A stretch of 64,000 nt of DNA. It comes from Squalus acanthias (taxonomy: Eukaryota). A program made the translations under genes and the position numbers. The notes under the pieces were generated by a model, which saw nothing but the letters and a program-made list of their open reading frames with translations, was not told the DNA's origin and did not search any database. Positions 63,421-64,000 of the stretch are shown here, piece by piece. Numbering within the stretch: position 1 is the stretch's first letter; each line of letters starts with the position of its first letter. The stretch spans positions 17,486,001 to 17,550,000 of the forward strand of contig CM059432.1 in assembly GCA_030390025.1 (NCBI GenBank), read 5' to 3'.

Positions 63421-64000
63421 CCCATGAGGGTATGCCCTGCCTGTGTCCTGTGAGCTCTGTCTGGAGCCTGGCAGTCAGAATGAATGGCTCGAATTACACA
63501 TTGCAAAGTACTTGATTACTTAGGCAGGCAGGATCTAATTATACATTCCAGATAAACTGCTGGGTGCATCTTGTCCTTCATGGGGACCAATCAGAAATCT
63601 GGTCTTGTCCTCCAAGGGGACCAATCAGAAATCTGGTGTTGCAAATAGACACAACCTTAAAGTAATTGTTAGAAGGATTAGAATGGAGTTGAGAAGAACT
63701 TTTTTCACTCAGAGGGTGGTGGGGGTCTGGAACTCACTGCCTGAAAGGATGGTAGAGGCAGAAAACCTCATTGCATTTAAAAAGTACTTGGATATGCACT
63801 TGAAGTGCCATAACCTACAAGGCTACGGACCAAGAGCTGGAAAGTGGGATTAGGCTGGATAGCTCTTTTTTGGCTACGATGGACCGAATGGCCTCCTTCT
63901 GTGCTGTAAATTTCTATGATTCTATGATGCCCTCACCTCTTGCACCTTCTGTGGTGGCGGGGTGACCACCTCCTGGAATGTAGAAACCCTCAGACTCCTG

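Larger units (their letters stand above)
60992..63656. mobile_element. Non-autonomous TIR element carrying internal satellites
   Basis: gctgtgattatttgca / tgcaaatagacacaac imperfect TIRs; ttaaagtaat repeated at 60982-91 and 63657-66; host CR1 rejoins. Confidence 0.55.
59886..63927 (+). mobile_element. CR1 with inverted 5' part (59886-60795), forward part 60796-60991 and 63657-63927
   Basis: Minus-strand LFKRG..FADD..YCVQFWS followed directly by plus-strand MLPGLE..; tail attctatg. Confidence 0.7.

Overview
Repeat-dense eukaryotic genomic DNA, most likely intergenic or deep intronic sequence from a cartilaginous fish. The shark/ray assignment is inferred from tRNA-headed Deu-domain SINEs resembling SacSINE1 and from the CR1/L2/Penelope families present. 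I recognised no host protein-coding gene. Highlights: (1) An apparently intact autonomous PIF/Harbinger transposon (40405-44676; 12-bp TIRs, TAT TSD) with an uninterrupted DDE transposase and a convergent three-exon Myb/SANT gene whose splice junctions join in frame; an inverted 115-bp mini-derivative of itself lies 11 bp away. (2) A nearly intact two-ORF CR1 LINE (48081-52348) whose AUG-less ORF2 overlaps ORF1 in the -1 frame across a G_GGU_UUA_AAC slippery sequence. (3) Penelope-derived mini-elements with hammerhead-ribozyme cores, two of them inside long inverted repeats. (4) Several Harbinger-type MITEs rich in U1-complementary 5' splice sites. (5) Two deeply nested insertion stacks, a templated double inversion, a twin-primed CR1 and a 2.7-kb TIR element carrying a GA-rich satellite. 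Everything was read by eye, and boundaries of old repeats are approximate.
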